The notes under the pieces: generated by a model | What the model saw: only the letters and a program-made list of their open reading frames with translations | Told to the model about the DNA's origin: nothing | Database searches by the model: none | NCBI RefSeq assembly: GCF_006345805.1 | Contig: NC_042997.1 | Location: forward strand, 186,620,001 to 186,684,000 | Reading direction: 5' to 3' | Source: Octopus sinensis | Taxonomy: Eukaryota | DNA length: 64,000 bases | Shown: in pieces, positions 38,986 through 51,084 of the stretch | Layout: every line of letters begins with the position of its first letter | Position numbering within the stretch: position 1 is the stretch's first letter | Program-made: the position numbers and the translations under genes

Positions 38986-39614
38986 CAAATTACTGATGCA
39001 TTAAAAGTATTTGTTTCAGTGCTGTAATGTACTACAGAACACACACACACACACACACACACCAACCAACACTGTATGTGTAGACATGTAAATACTTCTT
39101 TATATACAATTATTTTGGGGACAGAAAGAGAGAAATGACCCTGTACAGGGATTCCATGTTCAATGAAGTGTCCTCTTTAACGATCCTGGGAGACTTGGCC
39201 TATAAGCACTCTCTGTTGCTGAAGGCTTAAGTGAATTGGATAGAGTAAAGATCCCCTTCAATCATGGTCATTCATGATTGAAGTGGGTTTTTACTCTATT
39301 CAAGTCCGGGCAAGGTTGTTTACGGAAGACCAGCAGTTGCCCATGCATACCAGCCTCTCCTCTCCATGCCACCAATGTTATCTAAGGGAAAGGCAAAGGG
39401 CGATACAGCTTGGCATCAGTGAAGTCACAACTCGTTTCTACAGCTGAGTGAATTTGGGAGAAGGAAACTGAAAGAAGCCTATTGTATGTGTGTGTGTGTT
39501 TGCATGTCTGTGCTTGCCCCCACCATCATCGCTTGACAACCGATGTTGGTGTGTTTACATCCTCGTAACTTAGAGGTTTGGCAAAAGAGACCAATAGAAT
39601 AATTACCAGGCTTA

Positions 39615-40868
39615 CAAAAAGTAAGTTCTCGGGTCGATTTGTTCAACTAAAAAGGCAGTGCTCCAGCATGGCCACAGTCAAATGACTGAAACAAATAAAA
39701 GAATAAAAGAATACATACATACATGAAAATTAATATATGACATGCTTCATTCAATTTCTGTCTCCTAAATCCACACACAAGGGTTTGATTGTCCCAGAGC
39801 TATAGCAGGAACACTGGCCCATGGTGCCATGCAGCAAGACTGAACCCAGAACTGTGTGGTTGGGAAGCAAATTTCTTTCCACACAGCCATGCTTGCACTT
39901 ATGTACATGTGCACATATGCTTATATACATACATATATACAGACACAGGAGTGACTGTATGGTAAATAGCTTGCTTACCAAACACATGGTTATGGGTTCA
40001 GTCCCACTGCATGGCATCTTGGGCAAGTGTCTTCTGCTATAGCCTCGGGCCAACCAAAGCCTTGTGATTGGATTTGGGAGACGGAAACTGAAAGAAGCCC
40101 ATCGTATGTGTGTGTGTGTGTGTGTTTGCGTGTCTGTGCTTGTCCCCACCATCATCATTTGACAACCGATGTTGGTGTGTTTATGTCCTCATAACTTAGC
40201 GGTTTGACAAAAGAGACTGATAGAATAAGTACCAGGCTTACAAAAGTAAGTTCTCGGGTCGATTTGTTCAACTAAAAAGGCAGTGCTCCAGCATGGCCAC
40301 AGTCAAATGACTGAAACAAATAAAAGAATAAAAGAATACATACATACATGAAAATTAATATATGACATGCTTCATTCAATTTCTGTCTCCTAAATCCACA
40401 CACAAGGGTTTGATTGTCCCAGAGCTATAGCAGGAACACTGGCCCATGGTGCCATGCAGCAAGACTGAACCCAGAACTGTGTGGTTGGGAAGCAAATTTC
40501 TTTCCACACAGCCATGCTTGCACTTATGTACATGTGCACATATGCTTATATACATACATATATACAGACACAGGAGTGACTGTATGGTAAATAGCTTGCT
40601 TACCAAACACATGGTTATGGGTTCAGTCCCACTGCATGGCATCTTGGGCAAGTGTCTTCTGCTATAGCCTCGGGCCAACCAAAGCCTTGTGATTGGATTT
40701 GGGAGACGGAAACTGAAAGAAGCCCATCGTATGTGTGTGTGTGTGTGTTTGCGTGTCTGTGCTTGTCCCCACCATCATCATTTGACAACCGATGTTGGTG
40801 TGTTTATGTCCTCATAACTTAGCGGTTTGACAAAAGAGACTGATAGAATAAGTACCAGGCTTACAAAA
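39615..40868. repeat. near-identical 625-bp tandem duplication
   Basis: Identical ORFs at 39821 and 40446 (offset 625); copies differ visibly only in (TG)n length; breakpoints fall in GGCTTACAAAA(A)GTA of family A SINEs. Confidence 0.92.
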
Positions 40869-41505
40869 AGTACAAGTGCACATAGGCAATCAAGTAACCA
40901 GGTGTCTTCTGTCTCCCCAATTTTCAGTATGATTGGCCAGGGGCCATTCTGCTAGAAGCTCTTTTGAAATGGCCTCGTCAGGAATTTCTTTGATCATAGG
41001 CCTGCTAAACCAGGACTGATCTTTGTTAAAGAACAACAATAACAGCATAACTACTAACATAAATACCATTAAATGGTAAGCAATACAAAGATAATAGTGT
41101 TTTACCTTCAAATCATGTAAGAAGACGAAGGAGACTCAGATTGTGAAATGGTGAATGCTGAAGATTGTAATCAGCATAGATATGAGTAAGAAATAAATGC
41201 CACTTTCTAGTGGCATGGTTAAATACATTGCTTTCAACTGAAATGACACCACAGCAGAGCAAATATTCTGTCTGTCTGTTTACATAACCGACAGTTAAGA
41301 TATCCGGGTAGAAATCAAAAGCTATCCAGTTTTGAAAACTGTCAGACAGAAAAGTATTTTCTCAATATAATGTTATTATTATTTTGTGTGTATGTATGGA
41401 CATCTGTATAAATATGTGTATGCATTATACATGTATGAATTTGTGCTTATGTATGTATGTATGGTTGGTTGGATGTATGTGTGTGTGTGTGTTCTCTGCT
41501 GTTTT

Positions 41506-41998
41506 CATCATCATCATCATCATCGTTTAACGTCCGCTTTCCATGCTAGCATGGGTTGGATGATTTGACTGAGGTCTGGCAAACCAGATGGCTGCACCAG
41601 ACTCCAGTCTGATCTGGCAGAGTTTCTACCAATGGATTCCCTTCCTAACGCCAACCACTCCAAGAGTGTAGTGGGTGCTCTTATGTGCCACCGGCACGAG
41701 GGCCAGTCAGGCAGTACTGGCAACAGCAATACTCAAATGGTGCTTTTTATGTGCCACCTGCACAGGAGCTAGTCCAGCGGCACTGGCAACAACCACACTC
41801 GAATGCTTTTTTCAGGTGTCACCAGCACAAGTGGCAGTAAGGCAATGCAGGTAGCTATCACTCACGAATGGTGTTTTTAACTTACCATTGGCACAGAGGC
41901 CAGCTTGTTGCTCTGGCAACAATCTCACTTGTATGGTACTCTTAGCGCTCCGCTAGCATGGATGCCAGTCATCGAATTTGATTTTGATTTTGATTTTA
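41506..41998 (-). mobile_element. family C retroposon, long form
   Basis: (TCA)n tail, 4 hairpin units, GATTTT repeats at the 5' side. Confidence 0.85.
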
Positions 41999-42089
41999 AT
42001 TATTTAAATTCCTCCTCTGAGGAAAGAGCTGGTTTCTAAAAAAGAAAAAAGAAAATTCCCTCACTGGAATGTGGAGAACAAACACAATG

Positions 42090-42378
42090 TCACATTTTAA
42101 ATTTGAGAAAAGTCTTGTATATTTTAACTGTTCCATTTACAGATTGTATTTATAATGCATGAGTTGACTGGTTTCTGTTTTTGAGAATGCCAGGTTATCC
42201 AGATTATCACTTATGCATTTACTCACAAAGCCAAGTGCACTAATTATTATTGATAAAAATGTGATTTTATTATCTGGATATAGAAGCTGGAGGTATCGAA
42301 GCAGTTATCCATAGTTATTCTCTTTGATCTTTAAAGAGATATTTACATCAGCAGGACAGCTAACATCTGTGACACTAC
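42090..42378 (-). mobile_element. R4/NeSL-like LINE, restriction-like endonuclease C-terminus
   Basis: Minus translation DVSCPADVNISLKIKENNYG*LLRYLQLLYPDNKITFLSIIISALGFVSK...GTVKIYKTFLKF resembles RLE-clade motifs D...P.D.N...K..EK..KY and PIIIGALG. Confidence 0.75.
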
Positions 42379-42427
42379 ATATATTATATATATATATATA
42401 TATATATAATATTCCCTCATATTATTA

Positions 42428-42480
<53 letters not shown>

Positions 42481-42488
42481 ATATATAT

Positions 42489-42520
<32 letters not shown>

Positions 42521-42609
42521 GTATGTATATATATATTATATATATGACACTACATATATATTATATATATATATTATATATTATATATTATATATATATA
42601 TGTGTGTGT

Positions 42610-42653
<44 letters not shown>

Positions 42654-42666
42654 TAGATAGATAGAT

Positions 42667-42762
<96 letters not shown>

Positions 42763-43112
42763 GTAGGTAGATAGATAGATAGACAGATATAGATATATAA
42801 AATTAACAGAATGAGATAAAAAAATCCAAGGCTATGAAAGATTTCAGAACATTTATGAATAGATCTTACAAGTGTTTCCAGGATATTTTATATATCCCTT
42901 CATCAGAAACGGTGCGAGAAAATGGTTAAGCAATAGTTATTATAGAGAAGATATGAAATACAGAGTGAAGTGGAGGAAGGAAAATAGAAATGAGATACGT
43001 AAGGATATTGTATCTGCAGTTCTATTATTTGAGCAGAATGGTGTATATATATGGTGTATATATACAGCTGTTCCTGGGATATTTCAGAGGATAGAATAAT
43101 CTATCATCAGAG

Positions 43113-43166
<54 letters not shown>

Positions 43167-43430
43167 CAAAATAGAAGCAAAATAGAAGCAAAATATAAAG
43201 CAAAACTACAGAAGGCTTGTATTATATGGTTAAAGAATATATTTAAATTGTTATATTAGAAAAATGTTATAAAATTTTGCATATAGTAATTTTTGGGGGG
43301 GAGAAATAACCAGTTTCGTATTTTCTTTTCAAATTTCTCAAATTTCTTTACCAATATTGTGTCATCTCATCACTATGATGTGATGTATGAGAGTTCCAGA
43401 CAGGGGAAGGTAAATCAGGGATTTTTCATA

Positions 43431-43484
<54 letters not shown>

Positions 43485-43539
43485 CTATATATACATACAT
43501 ATATATATATATACATACATACATACATACATACATACA

Positions 43540-43576
<37 letters not shown>

Positions 43577-43579
43577 ACA

Positions 43580-43830
43580 TATATTTAAAATAATAAGGGT
43601 GAAAAATTGAATATTAATTTGATTAATATCAATTTAAAACCAGTGGTCTAGCATATTAAAATCTGAAAACTCAGAAAAATTATATTACATACATATAAGG
43701 GGGATGACCCCTACGTGGACATCCATTATGCTAGAAGTAGATCCGTTATGTCTTACCACTAAGAAAGGAATTCTTAGTGGTAAGACCATAGTGGATCATC
43801 CTTCTTATATGTATGTACACCAACTTTCTC
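43580..43830. mobile_element. Penelope-type palindromic element
   Basis: Homologous to 1930-3045; centre TCTTACCACTAAGAA / TTCTTAGTGGTAAGA inverted. Confidence 0.6.
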
Positions 43831-45551
43831 ACCTATATATATATATATAATAATATATATATATATAGATATATATATATATATATATACATACATATGC
43901 TTACATATATAAATATGTGTGCATGTGTGTGTGTTGAAGAAATAGTAAGCCAAGGAGCGAAAATGTCCAGCCATTTGCTTACTAATATGTAACCATTATG
44001 CAAATATCAGAATATTTTTTATAACCCAAAAAGACAAAAAAAATAAGTGTAAATCTCTGAATTTATTTTGTTTGTATATTTAAAAAGAAAATAACAGTCT
44101 CAAAATAAATTGCTTTGTTAAGTAAACTGTGAACAATTGCTCATGGTTGAACGGCAATTTCTACCTTCTAAATTGATTATTGTACAGATTCCTTCACAAT
44201 CTGTGCAAACTTTTAAAGATTTGCTGCTGAATGAGGGAGTTTAATGACTGAATATGAAGAAAGACAACTAGATAAATAAATAAATAAATAAATTGAAAGA
44301 AAGAAAGAAAGAAAGAAAGAATTTGAGGCTGATCGTTGAGTCCTATTATTTTTCTTTGAAAATTTATTTTCTCTTGATAACAAACATCCGTCAAGATATT
44401 TTTTTTCTAAGTGAAAAATTATAGAAAAATAAAAGCATAAATGAATTAAAAAAATATGAATGATAAAAATACATAATTAATAAAAAATATATATATATAA
44501 TATGTATACAGAAAAACAAGTGTAGAAATAAATTGAACAACAGGTAGATGGGTGTAGGTGAATCGCTGAATTAATAGGGGAAGAAAGAAAGAAAGAAAGG
44601 AACAAACAAACAAATAAATTTCAATTTCTCCTGAAATTGATCATTTAAAAATTCCTCAATTTTGTTTTTCAATTTACTTCTGGAATGTTTGCATGTTTTT
44701 CCTCCTTCCCTGTACTCCATTTTTTATATTTTTATGAAATTTTTCTTTTCATATTTTTTTGTTTGTTTGTTGAATTGGAAAAAAAAATTTTTTTTCAAAA
44801 GTTAAAAAATACGTAAAAAAATATCTGCATGCGTATGCATGCATATGGCAAATATTTTCTTCCAAATAATGCATACACCTGCTTACATGCATGCATTTGC
44901 ACTTGACATTGCCCTTCCTTTATACATGCATCTCACTTTTTTACTCTCTCTTTTTCTCTCACTATTTCCCTCCTTTCTGTACACTTCTCACTCTTTTTTC
45001 CTCCCTCCCACTCATCCTCCTCCTCCATTTATTTATTTATTTATTTATTATTTCTCAATGATGCTTCTTGTCTGTTTGGCAACAAGTTATCAGAGTTCCA
45101 TTACCGATATTAACAATATTCCACCTTCTGCTGAAATATTTTCACTAATTCATCTGTGATGAATCATTCCCTTCCATTTAATTTTTCTTTTGACAACTTT
45201 AAACTAAATCGATGGCTCACAAGTAAGGCTTCATATTCATGTCTTCTAACTCTGTGTATCCTAACCCTTTTTATTTTATTTTTTTACTCTCAGGGAACAT
45301 TTGAAATACAAACCATGCCTTTGGGAACTCCCTACAAAAAGATAATTATATATTTTTATTCGTCATTTTTCTTTCTCTTTCATTAAAGTTGAATTCTAGA
45401 AGAGATGAAACAAATCAGAAAATTTGTCTTTCAAAGGTTTAGCAGTACTAAATCTATCAGATACCACAAAGAATATTTAGCAAATTCAGTCTTAACCAAG
45501 ATTTTGTTTCAACTAAATTGCCCCACATTTCCCCAAGAAGCTTAGAAATAG

Positions 45552-45855
45552 CACCATCCGAGCGTGATCGTTACCAGCATCGCCTTACTGGCACCTGTGC
45601 AAGTGGCATGTGTAAAAAGATTCAAGCAAGGTCGTTGCCAGTACCGCCTGACTGGTCCCCATGCCGGTGGCACATAAAAAGCACCCACTACACTCTCAGA
45701 GTGGTTGGCGTTAGGAAGGGCATCCAGCTGTAGAAACTCTGCCAGATCAAGATTGGAGCCTGGTGCAGCGATCTGGTTCACCAGCCCTCAGTCAAAATTG
45801 TCCAGCCCATGCTAGCATGGAAAGCGGACGTTAAACGATGATGAAGATGATAATG
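45552..45855 (+). mobile_element. family C retroposon, 5'-truncated
   Basis: Two hairpin units plus conserved 3' part and TGA tail. Confidence 0.85.
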
Positions 45856-46134
45856 ATAATGGGTTTAGTGACTTGACTCTCTCTTTCATCTTTCCTATTT
45901 TGTGTAGCATGATTTCTTCTGTAGGAGGGCCTGATCTCTTATCCAGTTGTTGTTTAGTCACAATATAATCCCATCATTGTCCATCAAGGCCTTAGGACAA
46001 CAGTGAATCCAAAGTCCAGGAGACATTTTCTTTGCTTCTGGTAATTTTTTCCCTTTAGATATTATCCTAAGCTTAAGTTTAATCCCATTTACAATGAACT
46101 GAACACAAGTACCACAGCAAAATGTACCATTTCT

Positions 46135-46535
46135 TATTTCTTTAATGCCCATAAGGAGCCAAACATAGAGGGAACAAACAAGGACAGACGAAGGGATTAA
46201 GTCGATTATATCGACCCCAGTGCGTAACTGGTACTTATTTAATCGACCCCGAAAGGATGAAAGGCAAAGTTGACCTTCGTGAAATTTGAACTCAGAACAT
46301 AATGGCAGATGAAATACCTATTTCTTTACTACCCACAAGGGGCTAAACACATAGAGGACAAACAAGGACAGACAAATGGATTAAGTCGATTATATCGACC
46401 CCAGTACGTAACTGGTACTTAATTTATTGACCCCGAAAGGATGAAAGGCAAAGTCGACCTCGGCGGAATTTGAACTCAGAACGTAATGGCAGATGAAATA
46501 CGGCTACGCATTTCGCCTGGCATGCTAATGTTTCT
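46135..46535 (-). mobile_element. SINE family B dimer
   Basis: Same internal junction as at 215-240 and about 37815. Confidence 0.85.
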
Positions 46536-46689
46536 TTTATGGTACCCTTTCTTACTATACAAATATTTTTCCTCCTTTAATGTCAATTGTTAAAACAGAT
46601 ACAAATAGCAGTTCAACCTGTATTCCCAGTCTGTCCATATTAAAAACCATTCTGCTTTCATTGCTTCAAAATCAAAATTTTCTACGTCA

Positions 46690-47041
46690 CATAGTAAAGG
46701 GTAATGATCCCCTTTGGTCATGACTGATCATGGGATTGCACCGAGAAAGTTACCCTCTGAGGCACAAGTCCAGGCAAGGTTGTTTATGGAAGGCCAGCAG
46801 TCGCCCATTCATACCAGCCTCACCTCCTCCATGCCATCAATGTTATCCAAGGGAAAGGCAAAGGCTGATACAGCTTGGCACCAGTGATCTTGTAACTCAT
46901 TTCCACAACTGAGTGAACTGGAGCAACATGAAATAAAGTGTCTTGCTCAAGAACACAACACACAGCCCGATCCGGGAATCAAACTCACTAGTTCATAATT
47001 GTGAACCTGACACTCTAACTGCTGAGCCATGCACCTTCACG
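46690..47041 (-). mobile_element. SINE family F (tRNA head and shared core, distinct tail)
   Basis: Tail GGCAAGGTTGTTTATGGAAG...AAGGGAAAGGCAAAGG also at 39300-39450; core GAGCAAGACACTTTATTTCATGTTGCTCCAG. Confidence 0.7.
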
Positions 47042-48370
47042 CAAGTTACATAGTAACTTTCTAGGTTATCTTAATTTTCTGACTATCCCCATTTCTAAAC
47101 ATGAAATAATGGATCCATCCACTGGAATATCTAAACAATGAATTAAAATACATCTTAGTAGCTTTCAATCTAACTGTAGTAGAGTTACAATGTTACCACT
47201 ACTTCTCTGATGAGTGAGATAATATAACAGTTCTCTCTCCCTTTCTGGATATAGATCTCATCTCTCTCTACAGACCATTTTCACCTCTGATGTTTCCAGT
47301 AAAACTTCAGCTTTCTTCAATCTTTCACAACATTCTCAGATACAAAAACTCAGTCTCAGAAACTTACCATTAACTTCTACAAATCCCACAACTTAATGTT
47401 TCAAAGCAGCAATATTTGATGAGCATAAAAATGTTATCCCTTTCTAACTGTCACTTCATAAATATATGAAAGAGAGCGGACAAAGGCTCAAGCTGTTGAT
47501 TGTATTCCAGCGAGTGTATATGAGAATCAGGGTGTTGAAACGAAGTAGGGTCAGGTAAAGTTGAGTATTGTGCAGCCTGATAGACAAGAGCTAATAAAAC
47601 CAGTTTATTTTCCCCTTCTTTTCTTTCTGTGCTTTTTTCCCCTGTGCTTCAGTCTCTCAGTGTTTTCTTGTTTCTTTACAGCTGTTTCATTAAAATTTTA
47701 CTGTCACTCCTCTCACTATCCATCTCTCACAATAAACTCATCATCATTCAGTCCCTATCCAAACACTTAACTGTCGTACTCTAGCCACAGATTTCTTCTC
47801 TAACATGTTCACAGTCAGCAACTTTGAAAGAGTAGATCTAAAATAGATGTTTCTAGCTTAGTTTGCATACATTAACAAGTAGAGTAATTTATTCAAGATG
47901 GCTATGTCCAAATATAATAGAAGATGGTTATGATGAGAATGAAATTTCTTGCTCAAGATTACTTTGTCTTCTCCATAAGTTGCACTTTGGATTTTTTTCA
48001 TTGAAGTTGTTTGCAAAAATGTGTAACTTATAAATATATATATTTATAAATGTATATGTATATACATATACTCTAAAATGAATATATATACACAAACTGA
48101 AAAACATATACACATATAACACACACATCTATTCGCAAATAGAATTATGAAATCTACTTAAATTTTTGTCATCGTCTTTGTTTATCATGCAACAGTTCAG
48201 ATGAAGGTTCAATGAAGTGCTATTAAAAGCATCAAGCCAAATCAATAAGTCTTTTACTCTAACACACACACACACACACACACATTATTACATAAACAAC
48301 CTTATAGATTTTATAAAGACTTTATATATGTATGTTTGCGTGTGGATGTATATGTGTATGTGAATGTATG

Positions 48371-48905
48371 TCATCATCATCATCGTTTAATGTCAGCTTT
48401 CCATGCTGGCATGGGTTTGACGGTTTGACTGAGGACTGGCGAGCCAGATGGCTGCACCAGGCGCCAATCTGATCTGGCAGAGATTCTACAGCTGGATGCT
48501 CTTCCTAACACCAGCCACTCTGAGTGTGTAGTGGGTGCTTTTACGTGCCACCTGCACGAGGGCCAGTCAGGCGGTACTGGCAACTGCCTTGCTCAAATGG
48601 TGTTTTTTTATGTGCCACCTGCACAGGAGCCAGTCCAGTGACACTGGCAACGACCTTGCTCAAATGTTGTTTTTCATGTGCCACTGGCACAATTGCCTGT
48701 AAGGCGACGCTGATAACGATCATCTTCGGACGGTGCTCCACCGGCACGGGAGCCAGTTAGTGGCCCTGGAAACGATCACACTCGGATGGTGCTGTTAACG
48801 TTCCACTTGCACGGATGTCAGTCAGGCAGTGCTGTCATCGGCCATGTCAGCAAATTTGATTTCAATTCCACTTGCCTCTACAGGTCTTCGCGAGCAGAGT
48901 TTAGT
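48371..48905 (-). mobile_element. family C retroposon, long form (5 units)
   Basis: (TCA)n tail and ordered hairpin units. Confidence 0.85.
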
Positions 48906-49583
48906 GTCTGGTGAAAGAATGCTTATGCTGTGTGTGTGTGTGTGTGTGTGAGTAATTGTAATGGACTAGAACTCAATATATGATTCAAGTAAAAAAGAAC
49001 TCAATATATAAGTGCAGGAGTGTCTGTGTGGTAAGTAGCTTGCTTACCAGCCACATGGTTCCAAGTTCAGTCCCACTGTGTGGCATCTTGGGCAAGTGTC
49101 TTCTACTAGAGCCCTGGGCTGACTAAAGCCTTGTGAGTGGATTTGTAAAAGAGTAATGCTTTATTTCTACTAAGTATAGAATCAGAAGTTTTACATAAAA
49201 TTAATTTTAACGGTATCATTGAACACTTTGCCATTAAGAAAAAAAAAACAAAGAAAACTTTTCAAATATAAATAAAATGGAAGCAGGGGAAAATAAACAT
49301 TATTTTCCATCTTATTCTGGATTTTGTCGCATTTTAAAAAATTAAAATTTGTTTTATGGTTTATTATGATTTACATTTTAAATTAATTTTGTTTGCATTC
49401 TGAACCTACATATGCTTGAGGGCACCAAAACTTTTTATGTGCTTAGGGCCTTTATGAATCTTAATCCAGACCTGCAGCCATTAGTTGCTGTTTCATGTCC
49501 TTTGGGCTATTTTTATTCGTTATTTGTTAGCTGGCAGAATTGTTAGCATGTTGGGCAAAATACTTTGTGGTATTTTGTATATA

Positions 49584-49986
49584 CTCTCTTTACTCTTTTA
49601 CTTGTTTCAGTCATTTGACTGCAACCATGCTGGAGCACCACCTTTAGTCGAGCAAATCAACCCCAGGATTTATTCTTTGTAAGCCTAGTACTTATTGAAT
49701 CGGTCCCTTTTGCCGAACTGCTAAGTTATGGGGATGCAAACACACCAACATCAGTTGTCAAGCGATGTTGGGGGGACAAACACAGACACACAAACATATA
49801 CACACACGCATACATACACATATATACATATATACAATGGGCTTCTTTCAGTTTCCGCCTACCAAATCCACTCACAAGGCTTTGGTCAGCCTGAGGCTAT
49901 AGTAGAAGATACCCAAAGTGCCATGCAGTGTGACTGAACCCATGTGGTTGGTAAGCAAGCTACTTACCACACAGCCACTCCTGTGC
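49584..49986 (-). mobile_element. SINE family A, full length
   Basis: Complete head-to-tail match to 12496-12893. Confidence 0.88.
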
Positions 49987-50094
49987 TTGTTTACATTCTG
50001 AGTCCAAATGTCGCTGAGGTTGACTTTACCTTTTGATCTTTCAGCTTAGTACCAGTGATGATGTAATCAACATAATCGACTTACCCCTGCTCCA

Positions 50095-50262
50095 TCAGAA
50101 ATCTAAAATCTAATTACTCCATGCCAGTCATTAGGACAAACGTTCCTGAAAAATTCATCAGAATCCATCCAATGGTTCTTGAGATATCTTGTCCACAGAC
50201 AAACAAACAAACAAACATGACTGAAAACAATACCCCCGCCTTCACTATGGCAGAGATAATAA
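50095..50262 (+). mobile_element. Helentron/HINE (DINE-1-like) non-autonomous 3' end
   Basis: AAATTCATCAGAATCCATCC..GGTTCTTGAGATATC..CACAGAC(AAAC)n, then GAAAACAATA and a decayed CCGCC..GGCAG stem-loop; family assignment from recalled pattern. Confidence 0.5.
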
Positions 50263-50771
50263 GGTACAAAACCAAGTTTTTAGTTTAATAATTCTTTTAT
50301 TACCAAATATTTTATGAAAGATCTATCCGCAACTAACATCCCTTGACTGCTTGTTTCCTTCAAAAGAATTTTTAAGTTTTCCTTCCTTCTTGTATGACTT
50401 TAAGGCCACATAAAGCTGGCCATGACTAAATACAGTAGCTGGCAAGTAAATACCAAATACACAGAGTTGAAATGCTGTTTGATTTTTCTGTTCAGCATTG
50501 AATGTTCACCATCCGACTTCCATTGTATACACACATACACACATATGCACATGCACACAAACAAACATTCACATACCTCCCTTTTACATATACTCACACA
50601 GAGTTGAAACACTGATTTTTTTTCACTGTACAATTTCCATCATCCCACTACCAAGTTTGCCATTACCCCTCCCTTCCTTATCCACCTATCACCCCTTCCT
50701 TTTTCATCCATCTGTTGTGACAGAGAAAAACACAAGAGCATTATTATAGTAGATATTTGAAGGTCATTTGA

Positions 50772-51045
50772 AGACACATGAGCTAGTGGTTAGGCTGTTG
50801 CACTCAAGATCACAATATTATGAGTTCAATTCCTAGACTGGGTGATACATTGTGTTCTTGAGCAAAACCCTTCATTTCATGTTGCTCCACCCCCTCTTTC
50901 AATCGGGATGGGGGGATGCTGGCCTGCTCACCTAGCCTGCAGGTTAGTGTCATTTGATGGCCAGAACAATGCAAAACACACTGTGACCAGTGATGCGTAA
51001 CAACATCTGATGGTCTGGTCAGTCACATTGCCACATGATCATTTG
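50772..51045 (+). mobile_element. SINE family E, degenerate
   Basis: tRNA-like head and tail GGCCTGCTCACCTAGCC...TCTGATGGTCTGGTCAGTCAC shared with 59126-59436. Confidence 0.65.
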
Positions 51046-51084
51046 AAGGTTATTAGGGCCATGGAGTGATGAAATATAGCAGTG

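Noticed and set aside
45223-45293. Textbook-looking 71-nt intron (GTAAGG...CTAAC...polyY-CAG)
   Set aside because: The spliced product has stops in all frames nearby; at most non-coding or UTR, unsupported.
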